NCBI GenBank assembly: GCA_965224195.1 | Contig: OZ245040.1 | Coordinates: 1,024,001-1,088,000 of the forward strand | Length of the DNA: 64,000 nucleotides | Source: Nitrosopumilus sp. | Lineage (GTDB): Archaea > Thermoproteota > Nitrososphaeria > Nitrososphaerales > Nitrosopumilaceae | Direction: 5' to 3' | Part shown: positions 60,875 to 64,000 of the stretch, one piece after another | How the letters are laid out: every line of letters starts with the position of its first letter | How positions within the stretch are numbered: the stretch's first letter is position 1 | Notes under the pieces: model-generated | The model's input: only the letters and a program-made list of their open reading frames with translations | Databases searched by the model: none | Told to the model about the DNA's origin: nothing | Program-made: the position numbers and the translations under genes

Positions 60875-62232
60875 GTAAAATGATTCCAACAAAACATGTA
60901 GATTCTCACATGGATGAACTTGTTTCAGATTTACAAATGCTAATTCGTCAACCTAGTGTTTCTGCAAAAAATGAAGGAATTGAAAAATGTGCAACCTTGG
61001 TTAAAAAATTACTAAAAAAATCTGGAGTCAAATCCGAAATTTTACGGTTAAAGAAAGACGTTGCACCAATTGTATTTGGTGAGATAAAATCAAAACAAAA
61101 TCCTAAAAAAACTCTAATGTTTTACAACCATTATGATGTTCAACCTGCCGAACCCTTTGATTTGTGGGATGATCCTCCATTTAGTGGTACAAAGAAAGGA
61201 AACAAAATCTTTGGACGTGGTGCAACTGATGACAAAGGTGAATTAATCACTCGAATCAAAGCAGTCGATGCTTGTTTGAAAACAACAGGTGATGTACCTT
61301 GTAACATAAAATTTGTAATTGAAGGTGAAGAGGAAACTGGTAGTGCTCACATTGAAGAATATCTAAAAAAATACAAAAAGAAATTTTCATGCGATGGAGT
61401 GATATGGGAATTTGGATACGTTGATGCAAAAAATAGACCAATCATTGGATTGGGAATGAAAGGACTGCTCTTTGTTGAATTATCCGTAAAAGAATCAATT
61501 CGAGATGCACATTCAAGCTTGGCAGTATTAATTAAAAATCCTGCATGGCGATTAATTGAGGCTGTAAACACATTGAGAAACTCTAATGGTAAGGTCCTCA
61601 TCAAAGACTGGTACAAGGAAGTATCATCTTTTTCAAAAAATGATTTAAAACTGATTCAAAATGAACCATTTGATGAAAATGTATTCAAAAAAGAATTTGG
61701 AATAAATTCATTTGTAGGTAACAAGAAAGGAATGGATGCAAAAAAAGCTCTAGTTGGAGGGGCTACCTGTAACATTGCAGGGTTTGTTTCAGGATACACT
61801 GGAGATGGTGCAAAAACTGTTCTTCCTGGCAGTGCTCTTGTGAAAATAGATTTTAGATTAATTCCTAAAATGGATCCTAAAAAACAAGTTTTACGATTAA
61901 AAAACCACTTAAAATCAAAAGGATTCTCTGATGTTGGCATCAAAGTTTACCATGGCGAGGCAGCTGCTAGAACTGATTCTTCTCATCCTTTTGTATCCCA
62001 AGTAAAAAATGCTGCAGACAAGTCATTTGGTAAATCCATTCTCAATGTTTCAAATGCTGGTACTGGTCCAATGTATCCCTTTGTTGAAATTCTAAATGCT
62101 CCTTGCATATCTGTTGGAAGTACATACATGTTTTCACGAATTCATTCACCAAATGAATTTGCAAGAATTGATTTGTTAAAGAAAACTACAAAGTGCATGT
62201 GTGAGATAATGGGTAATTTTGGAAATTCTTAG
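60871..62232 (+). CDS. M20-family metallopeptidase/deacylase
   Basis: HYDVQP, GRGATDDKG, EGEEE and HSPNE. Confidence 0.93.
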   Translation: MSKMIPTKHVDSHMDELVSDLQMLIRQPSVSAKNEGIEKCATLVKKLLKKSGVKSEILRLKKDVAPIVFGEIKSKQNPKKTLMFYNHYDVQPAEPFDLWDDPPFSGTKKGNKIFGRGATDDKGELITRIKAVDACLKTTGDVPCNIKFVIEGEEETGSAHIEEYLKKYKKKFSCDGVIWEFGYVDAKNRPIIGLGMKGLLFVELSVKESIRDAHSSLAVLIKNPAWRLIEAVNTLRNSNGKVLIKDWYKEVSSFSKNDLKLIQNEPFDENVFKKEFGINSFVGNKKGMDAKKALVGGATCNIAGFVSGYTGDGAKTVLPGSALVKIDFRLIPKMDPKKQVLRLKNHLKSKGFSDVGIKVYHGEAAARTDSSHPFVSQVKNAADKSFGKSILNVSNAGTGPMYPFVEILNAPCISVGSTYMFSRIHSPNEFARIDLLKKTTKCMCEIMGNFGNS

Positions 62233-62234
62233 TA

Positions 62235-63300
62235 GATGAGTTGTGCAACTAGTCCAATTTGAGCATAATCTCAACATTTTCTAATCATAAGATCCAAAGC
62301 TAAGGCTGAATTATTTTCAATTCATGTTTAATTGCACAAAACTGGCAAAAAAACCAAAGCAATTCCTGTCAATAGCAGGACTAACCGTTCCACAGTTTGA
62401 TTCCCCATACAAAGAAACAAAGAAAAATTGCAAAACTGCAGAACAAAAGGGACTGTCCAAAAACAGAGAAAGAGACATTGGTGCAGGACACAAGTTTGAC
62501 TTGTCCTTCAAAGACAGAATTCTAATGTTTTTCATGTACTACAGAATGTACACAACATATGACATGCCAGGGATGACATTTGATTTGGACAGACCAAACG
62601 TAATGAGAAACATCGGATGTTTGGAGCCTGCAGTGAAGCAGTCCATATAATTGCTGCCAAAAAATATGCAGACTCAAAAAAGATTAACGGCATGCAGGAA
62701 CTGCAGGAATTCTTTCCGGAATTAGTTGCAATCACTGATGGCACAGAACAGCCCATCCCAAGACCAAAAAACAAAAAGAAAAGAAAGGCACGCCATTCAG
62801 GCAAAAAGAAAAAGCATGCAGTACAAAATCAAGTCGCCATAAATCCTGATGGGATAACAGTCCACAAATCTGCACATTCGCCTGGCAGCCATCATGATTA
62901 CGGAATTTACAAATCAAGGCATCCAACATTGTCTGAAGGGTTGCTGCAGTCTTATGATCCTGGATATTTGGGGATGGAAAAGGACTTTCCAGAACAGGCA
63001 AGTGTTTTGCCATGCAAAAAAAAGAAAGGAAAAAAATTGACTGTTGCTCAAAAGGAGTGGAACAAGATGCAGTCAAAAATTAGAATAAAAGTTGGACGTG
63101 TCATTGCACAAATCAGGCAATTTCGGATAAATCGCGATGTGTTTAGAAACAAATTATGCAGATATGATGTGATAAGTGAAGTTGTTTGCGGGACTGTCAG
63201 TTTCAAGATTAAATGGAAAGAAGAATTCATTGCAATTCCATAAAATTAAGAATTAAATGACAGAAAAGTTAGATTTTTGCTTGTAATTGCGCAACTCATC
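62235..63300 (+). mobile_element. IS5-family (ISL2/IS1381-like) insertion sequence, decayed
   Basis: Terminal inverted repeats GATGAGTTG[T/C]GCAA[C/T]TA at both ends, flanked by TA (62233-34 and 63301-02). Sits between two convergent stop codons. Confidence 0.9.
62324..63243 (+). pseudogene. Frameshifted DDE transposase (HTH plus DDE_Tnp_4-like)
   Basis: Two overlapping ORFs. DGTEQPIPRP, SGKKKKH, HD and D.GY.G are present, but the 'R..VE' Glu reads RIKVGR. Confidence 0.85.
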
Positions 63301-63716
63301 TAGTGTAGGCATCTAGGTATTTTTTTGATAACTTGAGCAAGTGATATTCTACCTGGTCCCACTATCATGATTACAAGTGCTACTGCAAGTAAAATCAAAT
63401 CCAATTCTATTCCTTCTTTTCCTGTGATGCTTGATGCTCCTTTGACCATGAAAATTGCGCCAAGCATAATAATGGAAATCAATGCTGCAGATAATCTGCT
63501 TAGAACTCCAATAATTAGTAAAATTCCTGGAACTAGTTCTGCTAATGCAATTGGAATTTGTAATTCTGCAGGCAATCCCATGTTTGGCAAATTCTCTGCA
63601 AATCCTGAACTGAATTTTGAGATTCCATGAAGAATAAAGATCACACCAATTGCAGATCTTAAACCCATGAACACTACATCATTTAGAATCTTCTCTCGAA
63701 TTTCAGCAGAGGTCAT
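63300..63716 (-). CDS. DoxX-family membrane protein
   Basis: LR..IG.IFI.HG..K, AELV.G.LL..G...R and GPG..SL. True start is MTSAEIREK at 63716. Confidence 0.9.
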   Translation of the reverse strand: MTSAEIREKILNDVVFMGLRSAIGVIFILHGISKFSSGFAENLPNMGLPAELQIPIALAELVPGILLIIGVLSRLSAALISIIMLGAIFMVKGASSITGKEGIELDLILLAVALVIMIVGPGRISLAQVIKKIPRCLH

Positions 63717-63810
63717 GAGATTACCTTGAATTTTCAGTATAATTATTTTGCCCACAAATTGTACGTCAAATGTAGAAAGCCCTTTATTATGCGGCAAAAT
63801 TATTTGAAAT

Positions 63811-64000
63811 ATGTCAATGTATATGCCAGGAGCAACTGCTGTTGGAATTACTTTTGATGGTGGTATAGTTCTCGCAAGTGAGAAAAGGATCGCATTTGGA
63901 AACTTTTTGGTAAGTAAATCTACAAAGAAAACATTCCCTATCACTAACAAAGTCGGTGCAACTTGTGCTGGTCTAGTAGCTGACATGCAAATTCTATCTT
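63811..64000 (+). CDS. psmB: Proteasome beta subunit (partial, runs off the window)
   Basis: MSMYMPGATAVGITFDGGIVLASEKRIAFGNFLVSKSTKKTFPITNKVGATCAGLVADMQIL. Confidence 0.92.
   Translation, partial: MSMYMPGATAVGITFDGGIVLASEKRIAFGNFLVSKSTKKTFPITNKVGATCAGLVADMQILS

Noticed and set aside
63717-63986. N-terminal 89-aa extension of DoxX
   Set aside because: It is antisense to the proteasome beta gene; the real start is at 63716.

Overview
This AT-rich archaeal window is almost certainly from a Nitrosopumilus-like ammonia-oxidising archaeon (Nitrososphaerota). The evidence is a Ser-type thaumarchaeosortase, F420 genes cofC/cofD/cofE, archaeal proS/argS, deoxyhypusine synthase, Alba, SMC, PAC2, a proteasome beta subunit and an RNase P RNA. 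Most of the window is intact housekeeping sequence, including egtB/egtD and a sulfur cluster (tusA, cysteine synthase, trxB, thi4, sulfite reductase, rhodanese). Accessory parts are: (i) a short array of membrane-protein genes at 28.97-29.92 kb joined by a repeated AGAAAATGAAAAC(TAG) stop/start junction, which looks like a gene-cassette array; (ii) an island at about 31.5-37.6 kb with a frameshifted Schlafen/AlbA gene, a G11 tract in front of a beta-propeller/FN3 surface protein, and a gene split at a (CA)4 run; (iii) a decayed IS5-family element at 62.2-63.3 kb. Also present are two 18-bp coding tandem repeats of opposite charge, several unannotated micro-ORFs and three GC-richer structured intergenic segments that may be ncRNAs. 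All calls come from reading motifs by eye; no database searches were run.
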